From the NCBI GenBank assembly GCA_038244885.1, contig JBBRTA010000002.1:6436-70435 (forward strand): a stretch of DNA of 64,000 bases, in the 5' to 3' direction. Origin of the DNA: Candidatus Saccharimonadales bacterium (GTDB lineage: Bacteria; Patescibacteriota; Saccharimonadia; Saccharimonadales; Saccharimonadaceae). Shown piece after piece: positions 29,157-38,097 of this stretch (the stretch's first letter is position 1; each line of letters starts with the position of its first letter). A program made the position numbers and the translations under genes. The notes under the pieces were generated by a model. The model was not told the origin of the DNA, searched no databases, and worked only from the letters and a program-made list of their open reading frames with translations.

Positions 29157-30328
29157 TAATACCAGCCGTTGGCGTATGAATGGCTCAAGGCAACTGACCA
29201 GCTACCGTAACGGCCGATGACATACTGATTCATCCACCTTGTCTGACAGGCGCCGTCGCCCATTTCACAACCGGTCTTACCGCAAGGTAAGGCTTGTCCG
29301 ACACCACAGGCTCCGCTAGATTGATTCACCGAGTAGGGGTTGCAGCCACTTTCGCGGGCTATCAATACACTGGCACTTAACGAATCAGTGATACCAGCCC
29401 CTGCTATCCATTCAGAACAGCTACCGCCGAACGATCTGGCCTTTGCACCAATAATTTCAACTTGACTGGTAGGTTGTTTGGTTGTCAGGGTAGCTATTTC
29501 GGTTCGTGCTACTTCTTGGCCATCCTGAATAACGACTTCGTAGGTCACGTTGCGAGACCCGTTCTCTCCAGGTATTTTTACGGCGCGATAACCTATTTCT
29601 TGATCGCCATCTTGAATTTTTTCGGTTGAAAAAGTAACCACTTCATCAACTGTAATCGTCTGCTTGCCCTCGCGCCAGACCCGGACAGCCAGACCTTCAG
29701 TTAGCTTCGTTGTTTGGTCAGGAGAAACACGGTCGTCTTTGGTCAGCTTGATATTTTTTTCTTTCAACATGTCGCCCACCGTTTCGCCTTGTGTCCGGGC
29801 GGTGGTTGTTTTGCCGTACAGGGTGAAGGCAAAGGAGGTTGCGCGGTCAATTGCCAGTTGCAAACCAGCGCCTTCTGAGGTGATATTTTCGGTATGGGAC
29901 AGCGTCGTCTTATCTTCGCTATACAAAGTCACGCCAGCGCTGGCCGCAATTTGATTGGCGGTTTGGTACGGCGTAATAATCTTCTGTCTAGTCATTCCGT
30001 CGACAACGATAACCGGACGGGCGCGATAAATATTGATTTGGTATTCGCTGGCAACCAGCTTCTCGGATGCAGCCGGCTCGATATTATCACTTTTATCGAC
30101 GGCAACATCTGCTTCTTTTAAGGCATCACCGACGGTGGCCGCTTGGCTCAGGACGACGGTTTGTTTTCCACGATCATGGATAGTGAGAAGATGGCCCTTT
30201 TGAGACCGCGTCGCGTTGGTTGCCCCCACCTGGCTGGCGACGGTCACAATAATCAGTACGATAAACACAAAAAAAGCGGCAAGCATTACGCCGACGGGCA
30301 TGGATAATCTGGGGGTTAGACTCTTCAT
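29156..30328 (-). CDS. Membrane-anchored DUF348 x3 - G5 - Cys-rich C-terminal muralytic-like domain protein (RpfB/YabE-like architecture)
   Basis: Repeats GDALKEADV / IAASAGVTL / VGDMLKEKNI (DUF348-like), G5-type segment, C-terminus ARESGCNPYSVNQSSGACGVGQ...RYGSW...HSYANGWY; start at ATG 30328 is my choice, GTG 30343 possible. Confidence 0.7.
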   Translation of the reverse strand: MKSLTPRLSMPVGVMLAAFFVFIVLIIVTVASQVGATNATRSQKGHLLTIHDRGKQTVVLSQAATVGDALKEADVAVDKSDNIEPAASEKLVASEYQINIYRARPVIVVDGMTRQKIITPYQTANQIAASAGVTLYSEDKTTLSHTENITSEGAGLQLAIDRATSFAFTLYGKTTTARTQGETVGDMLKEKNIKLTKDDRVSPDQTTKLTEGLAVRVWREGKQTITVDEVVTFSTEKIQDGDQEIGYRAVKIPGENGSRNVTYEVVIQDGQEVARTEIATLTTKQPTSQVEIIGAKARSFGGSCSEWIAGAGITDSLSASVLIARESGCNPYSVNQSSGACGVGQALPCGKTGCEMGDGACQTRWMNQYVIGRYGSWSVALSHSYANGWY

Positions 30329-30405
30329 ATAATAGGGAAACACACCTCAAGCGTGCTTAAGCCATTATAGCAAGAAACGCCAAAACAATCAAAAATACAT
30401 AACCG

Positions 30406-32508
30406 TTATATTTTTTCAAGACGGGCGTATTCGATATTCAATTTCTTGGTTTGACCACTGTCAAATTCAATTGTTAGTGCCAAACCATCGACGTCAGTGA
30501 CTTCACCGTTACCGAAGGCGGCAGACCGAACGATATCACCGACTATAAATAATTCATCGCTGTAAAAATCCTGTTCGGTCACAACGTGCGGTTCGGCCGA
30601 CACCGCCGCTACCTTATCGCCCATGTCAGTGATAAATCGAGACATCGGATTGTAGCCACGTTGGCCAAACTGCAGGCGGCTTTGAGCATACGTCAGATGA
30701 AGCTCCTCGCGGGCGCGAGTCATGCCGACGTAAGCAAGGCGCCGCTCTTCTTCAAGCTCGGCTTGACCGGCCTCGTAGACCCTCGCGTGAGGTATAATAC
30801 CCTCTTCCATGCCGACCATAAAGACCACGGGGAACTCAAGACCTTTGGCGGCGTGCAGCGTCATAAGGGTGACTTTTTCGCCGTCACTACTAGTATCTGC
30901 GCTCGACATCAGTGCCACTTCCTCAAGGAAATCGGGCAAGCTGGCAAAGCTCTGGGCGTCCGAAAGCAAGGCACCGATGTTGTCATCGCGCTCTTCGGCT
31001 TGCGGCGTCCCATCAAGGATATACTCCCGATAACCAGTTAGGTTTAGTAGTTTTTCGATGACTTCGGTCGGACTCGCCGTTTCCAGCAGGACTTGGACGA
31101 GACGTAACTTTTCACCGAGACTGACCAGGGCTTGCTTGGCACGTGCTGTGACCGTGCTGGTTTGATCAACGTTTACGAGAGCCGACAAAATATCCATACC
31201 ACTCGCCGCCTGCCACATCATGAAGCGCTCCAAGCTGGTGGCGCCAATGCCTCGAGTCGGCACGTTGACGATACGACTGAAGCTCATGCGGTCGTTTGGC
31301 TGGTAGACGAGGCGAAGATAGGCAATAATGTCTTTGATTTCTTTACGGTCGTAAAAACGGACACCACCGACGATTTGATACGGTACCCGTAAACGCAAAA
31401 AAGCACGCTCTAACGTGTAGCTCTGGGCATTCGTCCGGTACAGCACAGCAAAATCACCAAAACCTCGAGCTCCCATTGCCACGTGTGTCGAGATACGCTC
31501 GGCCACCAAATTTGCTTCTTCGGCTTCGTCGTAGACGCCATGAACTTGTACGGGCGATCCTGGCCCTGCAGCGGTCCACAACTTTTTTTCACTTCGCTGG
31601 ACATTTTTAGAGATAACGTTACTGGCCGCATCGAGGATATTACCGGTACTGCGGTAGTTCTGTTCCAACTTGATGACTTTGGCGCCCTTAAAATCTCGTT
31701 CGAAATTCAAAATATTCGTAAAGTCGGCCCCACGCCAACTATAAATCGACTGCCAGTCATCGCCGACCACGCAAATATTGCGCAGATCGTTCACTAGCGA
31801 CTTCACAATCGCGTATTGGGCGGCGTTGGTGTCCTGGTATTCATCGATTAAAATATGTTTGAATGAGGCTTGCCACTTGGTTCGCACTTCGGGCATCTCA
31901 CGAAACAGTCGAACTACCTCAAGTAGTAAATCGTCAAAATCCAATGCCCCGGCGGTTTTTCGCAACTCTTCGTATCGTTGGTAGATTTTGGCTATATTTT
32001 TTTGATACGGAAACTGAGCGGCGCTCGCAAAGGCAGACGGATCAATCATTTCGTTTTTCGCAGTCGATATCACACTACTGACGGACTGGGCCTTGACTTC
32101 CTTGTCGCTGATTGACAACTGTTTCATGGCCTGTTTGACCAGTCCCCGCCTGTCGTCTTCGTCGTAAATGACAAAATTGTGGGCGATACCGATTGTCTGG
32201 CCTTCGATTCGGAGCATCCGTACGCAGATACCGTGGAAAGTCCCCATCCAAGGCATAAAGCCGCGGTTAGCACTATTTTGACCGAGCAGTACGCCCAGAC
32301 GTTGGCGCATCTCTCGAGCGGCCTTGTTCGTAAATGTCACCGCTAAAATCTCATTGGGCCAAATAGACTCATGAGCGATGAGGTAAGCGATTCGGTGAGT
32401 CAAGGTTTTCGTTTTACCGCTGCCAGCCCCAGCCAAAATAAGTAAAGGCCCAGAAGTTGTCTGTACCGCATCAGCTTGAGCAGCGTTTAACCCACTAAGT
32501 AAATCCAT
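30406..32508 (-). CDS. pcrA: ATP-dependent DNA helicase PcrA/UvrD (SF1)
   Basis: Walker A AGAGSGKTKT, DEYQDTN, VGDDWQSIY, TLHAAKGLEF, YVGMTRA. Confidence 0.92.
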   Translation of the reverse strand: MDLLSGLNAAQADAVQTTSGPLLILAGAGSGKTKTLTHRIAYLIAHESIWPNEILAVTFTNKAAREMRQRLGVLLGQNSANRGFMPWMGTFHGICVRMLRIEGQTIGIAHNFVIYDEDDRRGLVKQAMKQLSISDKEVKAQSVSSVISTAKNEMIDPSAFASAAQFPYQKNIAKIYQRYEELRKTAGALDFDDLLLEVVRLFREMPEVRTKWQASFKHILIDEYQDTNAAQYAIVKSLVNDLRNICVVGDDWQSIYSWRGADFTNILNFERDFKGAKVIKLEQNYRSTGNILDAASNVISKNVQRSEKKLWTAAGPGSPVQVHGVYDEAEEANLVAERISTHVAMGARGFGDFAVLYRTNAQSYTLERAFLRLRVPYQIVGGVRFYDRKEIKDIIAYLRLVYQPNDRMSFSRIVNVPTRGIGATSLERFMMWQAASGMDILSALVNVDQTSTVTARAKQALVSLGEKLRLVQVLLETASPTEVIEKLLNLTGYREYILDGTPQAEERDDNIGALLSDAQSFASLPDFLEEVALMSSADTSSDGEKVTLMTLHAAKGLEFPVVFMVGMEEGIIPHARVYEAGQAELEEERRLAYVGMTRAREELHLTYAQSRLQFGQRGYNPMSRFITDMGDKVAAVSAEPHVVTEQDFYSDELFIVGDIVRSAAFGNGEVTDVDGLALTIEFDSGQTKKLNIEYARLEKI

Positions 32509-32532
32509 TACTATCTAGTATAGTCTATAAAT

Positions 32533-33612
32533 CTATAACATAGGAAGTATGAAGAAATAAACGGCCGCGCCAGCACCAGCACCGACAGTCAGGAGTAGTG
32601 CTATCCACAACACCATCAACCAACCTGATTTTTTCTTAGCAGGATGAGCCAGTGGTTTTTGGTACGCACCGGTGTCAAAAATAGCTCCCGTTGGTTGATC
32701 GCCAGTACTTGGTTGTTCGGTATATTGTTGCGTGATAGAGGTTGGTCCAACAGGCACTTCTTGCTGAGGTGTTTGTTCAGGTATTTGCGGTGCGATAGGT
32801 TCCTCTTTTTTTGGTTGCTCCGTCTCGGTACTGGATTCAATCAACAATAAATCACCTTGGAGCTCCGCAGGCAAAGGGACCTCTACTTCGAGAGGTTGAT
32901 CCTCGTCGCCATTCGAAATGGCCACATCTGCCGTAACTGGCACGATAGGGTCAGCTTCTGAGATAGGCTCAATTGAAGGAGTCGTTGACTCGGTAGGGAA
33001 TGCATTCAAAGGCCGTTTCTCGACTTTTGCGTCCGTCAGGAAGGGCGATTCGAGTGGAGGTTGAACATCTTGAGCTTCACCTAGCGACTTGTTAATGTCA
33101 TCGGCAATCTGATTAATGTCTGTATCTTCGTCAGCCTGAGATTGTGACTGGCTCTCTTGTGCTGGCTCAGCCACCGGCGGTTCGGCCACGACGACCGGTG
33201 TTTCGTCCGTCGAAAAACTGTTAAAGTCGATGGGGTCAGGCCACTCAGTCGCTGGTTTTGGCGCTTCGTAGGTGGTTGGTAAGTCATGAGGCGGTAATGA
33301 TGGAGCAGTTTGGTCCGATAGACTACCCGTATCGAGCGGATTACGGGCGAGCGGAACCACTCCGGCCCCTTCGCGAGAAATTGGCCTTTGTGGAATAGAC
33401 GGTGTTCGCATATCCGAAGAGGGATGCACCACGTCCATAAAACGCCCCGAACTACGCCTGGCGGCAAGCGGTAGCGAAGCTGGCAGTGGCGTCGTTGTGT
33501 CGACATCGGGAGCAGATACGTTATCGACTGGCAGCCCTTCCACGGGTTGGTTGTTACTGCCGAGCAGAGAATTCACAGCTCGGTCTAATTCGTCAAAATC
33601 AAGATCTTTCAT
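32533..33612 (-). CDS. Hypothetical Pro/acidic-rich protein with C-terminal TM anchor
   Basis: Low-complexity P/E/T-rich sequence; C-terminal WLMVLWIALLLTVGAGAGAAVYFFILP. Confidence 0.55.
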   Translation of the reverse strand: MKDLDFDELDRAVNSLLGSNNQPVEGLPVDNVSAPDVDTTTPLPASLPLAARRSSGRFMDVVHPSSDMRTPSIPQRPISREGAGVVPLARNPLDTGSLSDQTAPSLPPHDLPTTYEAPKPATEWPDPIDFNSFSTDETPVVVAEPPVAEPAQESQSQSQADEDTDINQIADDINKSLGEAQDVQPPLESPFLTDAKVEKRPLNAFPTESTTPSIEPISEADPIVPVTADVAISNGDEDQPLEVEVPLPAELQGDLLLIESSTETEQPKKEEPIAPQIPEQTPQQEVPVGPTSITQQYTEQPSTGDQPTGAIFDTGAYQKPLAHPAKKKSGWLMVLWIALLLTVGAGAGAAVYFFILPML

Positions 33613-34406
33613 ATCCCACCTTCTGTATTTTTGGCTAACGACGAGCCTTTGTGCGCTTTTTTAATAATCTCGTTAAAAGTATGGGCATCAAGACTTGCGC
33701 CTCCTACGAGAAGCCCGTCAACATCGGGCAGGGCCAGGTAATCAGCCGCACTGTCGGCGGTGACGCTAGCACCGTACAAAACTCGCATCGCTTCGGCCGC
33801 TGTCGGTCCGTAGAGGTGTTTGATTTGACGACGAATCGTGCGAATTGCACTGCTCACATCACCTGGCAAAGCATTGGCGCCAGTGCCGATTGCCCAAACA
33901 GGTTCGTAAGCGATTACGATGCGTTCGAGTTCGTCGCTAGTGACATTGGCGAGTCCGCCAATTAATTGGTCATGGAGAACATCGAGCGTCTCACCGTTGG
34001 CTCGTTCGCCGGCGGTTTCCCCAATACAGAGGATAGGGTGAAGGTCATTGCGAATTGCGGCCTGTACTTTTGCCCGTATGTCCTTGTCTGATTCGTGAAA
34101 GATATGACGGCGTTCCGAATGGCCGACCAATGCATATTGAACGATACCCCGTAGTTGGGTAGCAGAAATCTCACCCGTGAAGGCACCATCATCTCGCCAG
34201 TAAAAATTTTGAGCGGCTAGTTTAAACTGGCGATAATTCACCTGTAGACTGAGGGATTGCAGGACTAACGACGTTGGCGCCAAGACGACTTCGACGTCGC
34301 GACGTGTTTTGACCAGTTTCGACAATTGATGGACATACAAACTAGCCTCGTGCATGTTGAGATTCATTTTCCAATTGCCAACGATGAGTGTTTTGTCTCT
34401 AGTCAT
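33609..34406 (-). CDS. tpiA: Triosephosphate isomerase
   Basis: GNWKMN, VGHSERR, AYEPVWAIGTG. Confidence 0.92.
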   Translation of the reverse strand: MTRDKTLIVGNWKMNLNMHEASLYVHQLSKLVKTRRDVEVVLAPTSLVLQSLSLQVNYRQFKLAAQNFYWRDDGAFTGEISATQLRGIVQYALVGHSERRHIFHESDKDIRAKVQAAIRNDLHPILCIGETAGERANGETLDVLHDQLIGGLANVTSDELERIVIAYEPVWAIGTGANALPGDVSSAIRTIRRQIKHLYGPTAAEAMRVLYGASVTADSAADYLALPDVDGLLVGGASLDAHTFNEIIKKAHKGSSLAKNTEGGI

Positions 34407-34416
34407 CTTCTATATA

Positions 34417-35673
34417 TTACTTATGGTTATTGCTGTTAGTGTACTCTATTTGATGAGGGGCGTCTAGCAAACTTTCAATGCCCGGTAGTTTGTCCCCGGC
34501 CATGAGCTCTAAGCTGGCTCCACCTCCGGTAGAGATGTGGGTAAAGCCGGTTACGTCACCACTGGCCCACTTCAACACGAAATCGGCGGTATCGCCGCCA
34601 CCAATGATGGACGTAATGCCAGTATGGCTGGCCAAGACAAGGGCTAAGCGCGCCGAACCGTGCGCAAACGCGGGAATTTCATCGTAACCAAGCGGACCAC
34701 TCCATATGACCGTGCCTGCTTGTGACACTTCTTTGCTGACCCGTTCAATCGATGCATCACCAATATCGAGCACAATATCATCTGATGCAATACCGCCGAC
34801 CTCGACTACTCGCCGCTCACTCTCGGAAATAATGGCGGTAGCAACAGCCACATCGACTGGCAAAATAATAAAATCGTCGACCGCGTCACCGACTTTATCG
34901 TGGGCGGCGGCATAAATGCTATCGAGCACGGCTCGCTGGTCGGCCTCGACTTTACTGGCACCAACCGATACCCCCTTATAATCAAGGAACGTGTTAGCCA
35001 TGGCGCCACCGATAATAATTCTGTCGGCCACCTTGACGAAACGCTGAATCACGGCAATCTTATCGCTGACTTTCGCCCCGCCCATCACCGCCACCAAAGG
35101 TCGTTTTGGTGCTTCCATAGCCCCAGTTATGGTCGTGTACTCTCGTTCTAACAAGAATCCTGCCACACTCGGGATACACAGAGTAATGGCGTGGGTACTG
35201 GCGTGGGCGCGGTGAACGACTCCAAAGCCGTCCTGGACGAAATAACGAGCTCTCGTCGCTTTAGCGATTTTTTGAGCGAATGTATGGTCGTCCGCCTCTT
35301 CCTCGGGGTAATAGCGGAGATTTTCAAGCACCGTGATGCTTGCTTGTGGAGCCCGTTTGATCGCTTGATAAACCTTGTCGCCAATCGTATCATCTACGAA
35401 TCTTACATCGCGACGCAATAACTGTGCCAAACGGAGGCCAATCGGCTCGAGGCTCAGCGCGGGGTCCCGCCCATCCGGGCGTCCCAAGTGGCTAATGATG
35501 ACTATCTTGCAGCCGCGGTCAATCAAATAGTTGAGCGTTGGCAAGCTGGCGCGGATACGAAGATCATCGCTAATCGTCCCGTCTTGAGCCAACGGAACAT
35601 TATAATCAGCCCTGACCAACACCGTTTGGTGATCAAGTAGTACATCGCGAATTGTTAGTTTGAAAAAGCTCAT
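34417..35673 (-). CDS. pgk: Phosphoglycerate kinase
   Basis: RADYNVPL, ISHLGRP, GGGDTA; ATG 35673 preceded by AAAAGGGGTGGGG. Confidence 0.95.
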   Translation of the reverse strand: MSFFKLTIRDVLLDHQTVLVRADYNVPLAQDGTISDDLRIRASLPTLNYLIDRGCKIVIISHLGRPDGRDPALSLEPIGLRLAQLLRRDVRFVDDTIGDKVYQAIKRAPQASITVLENLRYYPEEEADDHTFAQKIAKATRARYFVQDGFGVVHRAHASTHAITLCIPSVAGFLLEREYTTITGAMEAPKRPLVAVMGGAKVSDKIAVIQRFVKVADRIIIGGAMANTFLDYKGVSVGASKVEADQRAVLDSIYAAAHDKVGDAVDDFIILPVDVAVATAIISESERRVVEVGGIASDDIVLDIGDASIERVSKEVSQAGTVIWSGPLGYDEIPAFAHGSARLALVLASHTGITSIIGGGDTADFVLKWASGDVTGFTHISTGGGASLELMAGDKLPGIESLLDAPHQIEYTNSNNHK

Positions 35674-35729
35674 CCCCACCCCTTTTATCTGCTAACTATT
35701 TTAGCATGGTAACGATGAAACCGTATGTA

Positions 35730-37145
35730 CTATTCGAGCATACGAACTTTGATCGTGTCGGTGGTGCCGATGACGCCAGGCTGTTGCCCGCTGACGATGA
35801 TGACTGGCGTCGGTTCGTCGCCAAAAAAGCCTTGAGCTTTTAATTCTTTGGCAATGCTGAGGCCAGCTTCGGCTGAATCTGGTCGAACGTAGCTTCGGTT
35901 GGCATAGCTGAGGGCGAGCTGTTGGGCGGCGCGAGGTTCGCTGGTGACACTGATAATCGGCAGATTTGGACGGTGAGACGCAATGTTAGCGGCCGTCGCC
36001 CCAGATTTCGATTCGGCAATAATCGCCGGAGCTTTGAGCTGCTTCGCCAAGGAAACCGCCGCGGCGCTAATCGCATCGCGCTGCTTCTTGTGACTAGTGG
36101 CTCTCCCCTCAAGTGGATCAACCGGTGCATTGTCCTGCGTATATAAAATCACCTTCTTCATGGCGGCGACCGTCTCGAGCGGATAGCGCCCATTAGCCGT
36201 TTCATCGCTCAACATCACGGTATCGGCACCCTGAATCACGGCAATGGCAACGTCACTGACCTCCGCTCGGGTTGGTTCGGGGGCATCAACCATACTTGCC
36301 ATCATCTGAGTTGCCACGATACTGAGCTTACCGTGCATGCGGCAGAGGGCGATGATGCGGCGCTGCACGATAGGCACGACTTCGGCGCCGGCCTCAACCG
36401 CCAAATCGCCACGAGCTACCATGACGCCATCACTGACCTTGACAATTTCTTCGAGCATTTCGTCTTTAATGGCGGCTTTTGTCTCGATTTTACTAATAAT
36501 CTGGGCCTGCGAACCGCCGGCCGTCAGGATTTGACGGAGGTTGTTAATGTCTTCGGCGCTCTGGATGAAGCTCAGCGCCACGTAATCGATATCCTTCGTC
36601 AAGCCGTATTCGATATCGCGCAGGTCCTTCGGCGTCAAGATGTCCCCGCCGAAGTCGGTGTCAGGCAGATTGATACCCTTCCGACTCATCAAGGTACCGT
36701 CGTTTTCAACTCGGAGTTTGATGGCGCTTGCCGAAACCACCTCGATGATGGTGGTACGAACTTTACCGTCAAAAATGTAAAGTGGTTCGCCCGGCTTTAC
36801 CTTCTCGGCCAGATTGTACTGGACGGGAAATATCAGACCGTCGTGCTTGGCACCGTACTCGAGGACAATTTCATCGCCTTTTTTGACGTCGGTGTTCTCG
36901 TTGAGTAGTCCGAGGCGGATTTTTGGCCCCTGTAAGTCTTGTAAAATAGCCACAGGTTTGCCAACTTTTACGCTGGCCTCGCGGATCCACCTAATCTGGT
37001 CATCGCGCTCGGCGTAGTCGCCGTGGCTAAAGTTAAGTCGAAATCCGTTTACACCTGTACGGATAAGGTTCTCTATCATTGCTGGGTTACTGGTTGGTGG
37101 CCCTAGCGTGGCTAAAATTTTTGTGCGTTTGAAAATAATACTCAT
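35730..37145 (-). CDS. pyk: Pyruvate kinase
   Basis: RTKILATLGP, LNFSHG, MVARGDLAVE, ATQMM. Confidence 0.95.
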   Translation of the reverse strand: MSIIFKRTKILATLGPPTSNPAMIENLIRTGVNGFRLNFSHGDYAERDDQIRWIREASVKVGKPVAILQDLQGPKIRLGLLNENTDVKKGDEIVLEYGAKHDGLIFPVQYNLAEKVKPGEPLYIFDGKVRTTIIEVVSASAIKLRVENDGTLMSRKGINLPDTDFGGDILTPKDLRDIEYGLTKDIDYVALSFIQSAEDINNLRQILTAGGSQAQIISKIETKAAIKDEMLEEIVKVSDGVMVARGDLAVEAGAEVVPIVQRRIIALCRMHGKLSIVATQMMASMVDAPEPTRAEVSDVAIAVIQGADTVMLSDETANGRYPLETVAAMKKVILYTQDNAPVDPLEGRATSHKKQRDAISAAAVSLAKQLKAPAIIAESKSGATAANIASHRPNLPIISVTSEPRAAQQLALSYANRSYVRPDSAEAGLSIAKELKAQGFFGDEPTPVIIVSGQQPGVIGTTDTIKVRMLE

Positions 37146-37203
37146 ATCTATTTATTGTACCATTGTTTCGTCAGAGGTAGAGGAGGCTACTGCGCAAATC
37201 CAT

Positions 37204-37247
37204 CCAAAGAAAATATCCCATCACAGTGGATGGGATATTTTCTTTGG
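37204..37247 (-). terminator. 19-bp perfect inverted repeat directly after (and overlapping the CCA of) tRNA-Glu
   Basis: CCAAAGAAAATATCCCATC-acagtg-GATGGGATATTTTCTTTGG. Confidence 0.65.
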
Positions 37248-37319
37248 TGATCTCACCGGGAATTGAACCCGGATTGCCAGGATGAAAACCTGGTGTCCTA
37301 ACCGTTAGACGATGAGACC
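37245..37319 (-). tRNA. tRNA-Glu (anticodon TTC), CCA encoded
   Basis: Hand-folded cloverleaf: GGTCTCA/TGAGATC acceptor, anticodon arm CCAGG-TTTTCAT-CCTGG, T arm CCGGG-TTCAATT-CCCGG. Confidence 0.9.
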
Positions 37320-37436
37320 ATATTTTGTAAATGATGTAATGTACGCAGTCTTCTATCATCGACTCGGTTTTTTAACCTGGTCTCTGTACCTGAAGGGCGT
37401 TAGACGATGAGACCATATTTTTTGTGAACGATGCAA
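37303..37436. repeat. Tandem direct duplication (period 95 nt) of the tRNA-Glu 5' end plus its upstream flank
   Basis: 37303-37339 vs 37398-37436: 24 identical nt (cgttagacgatgagaccatatttt), a 2-nt indel, then 10 of 13 matches. Confidence 0.85.
37374..37414 (-). pseudogene. Degenerate tRNA-Glu 5' fragment
   Basis: First 17 nt of tRNA-Glu (GGTCTCATCGTCTAACG) repeated exactly, then an 8-nt ACCAGGTT match; no T arm or 3' acceptor strand. Confidence 0.7.
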
Positions 37437-37679
37437 CCGTGTCATTTAATCCTGATGATTGTAACAAAAAAAGCCTTCTTTGGATAGAGGTACCTATCGT
37501 TTGACAATAAAAAGACGCTCTACTTAAAATGCGCCTTACGTCGTAGTGCATCGAAATATCGAACCAAACCGCGATCCGCAACGTCTCAGGCGTCTGAGCA
37601 AGGTCCGCAACTCGTGCCAACCTCGTCTGAATAGTTAATGCAAATCATTGTTTTTTGTAGCGTATATCACCATACGACC

Positions 37680-37697
37680 AACGCTATATATAGCGTT
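37680..37697. repeat. Perfect 18-nt palindrome
   Basis: AACGCTATATATAGCGTT in non-coding DNA. Confidence 0.9.
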
Positions 37698-37742
37698 ATC
37701 GGGATATTCCGCTTGTGTTTTACGTGATTAGTGATATAAAGC

Positions 37743-37771
37743 ATTGACATTATGGTGATTTTATGATAAGT
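37743..37771 (+). promoter_or_regulatory. Orphan sigma-70-like promoter in non-coding DNA
   Basis: TTGACA - 17 nt - TAAGTT. Confidence 0.4.
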
Positions 37772-37873
37772 TTACAACATCGGTTATACGAGGCGTGAGG
37801 CCCCGTTATAGCGGAGGATCGTTAACAAGTCAGATTATTACAGTGCATGTCTGTGAAAGTCTTGACTCACGAA

Positions 37874-37918
37874 GGTAGCACCCTGGTGATATTCGTCGCC
37901 AGAGTGCTACCTTTGTTG
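37874..37918 (+). terminator. Intrinsic terminator with no upstream CDS
   Basis: GGTAGCAC-N22-GTGCTACC followed by TTTGTTG; inner CTGG/CCAG pairing. Confidence 0.55.
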
Positions 37919-37999
37919 CAGTCAGATAACGATTGAGCCGTTACACGCTCTCTCGTCATAAGACACGCTACAAATTTATAGCATATCGCATCTCCCCCA

Positions 38000-38051
38000 T
38001 TTCGGGTGACACTTTGGTGAAAAACCATTGTCGCTAAAGTGTCACCCGAAA
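38000..38051. repeat. Inverted repeat with 16-bp perfect arms, 20-nt spacer, about 45 nt upstream of the first island gene
   Basis: TTTCGGGTGACACTTT-N20-AAAGTGTCACCCGAAA. Confidence 0.9.
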
Positions 38052-38097
38052 GGGAATGACCGGCAATCCTGCCGTACTTCCCAGAAAGGGAGAAGAG

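Noticed and set aside
37171-37359. 62-aa minus-strand ORF
   Set aside because: It lies directly over tRNA-Glu and its terminator hairpin.
37372-37620. 82-aa minus-strand ORF in the long non-coding stretch; I also checked it for an integrase remnant or a tRNA-like fold around GGTTCGAT
   Set aside because: It has no SD or promoter context and includes the pseudo-tRNA stub. It has no integrase-like motifs. The GGTTCGAT segment lacks complementary T-stem and acceptor arms.
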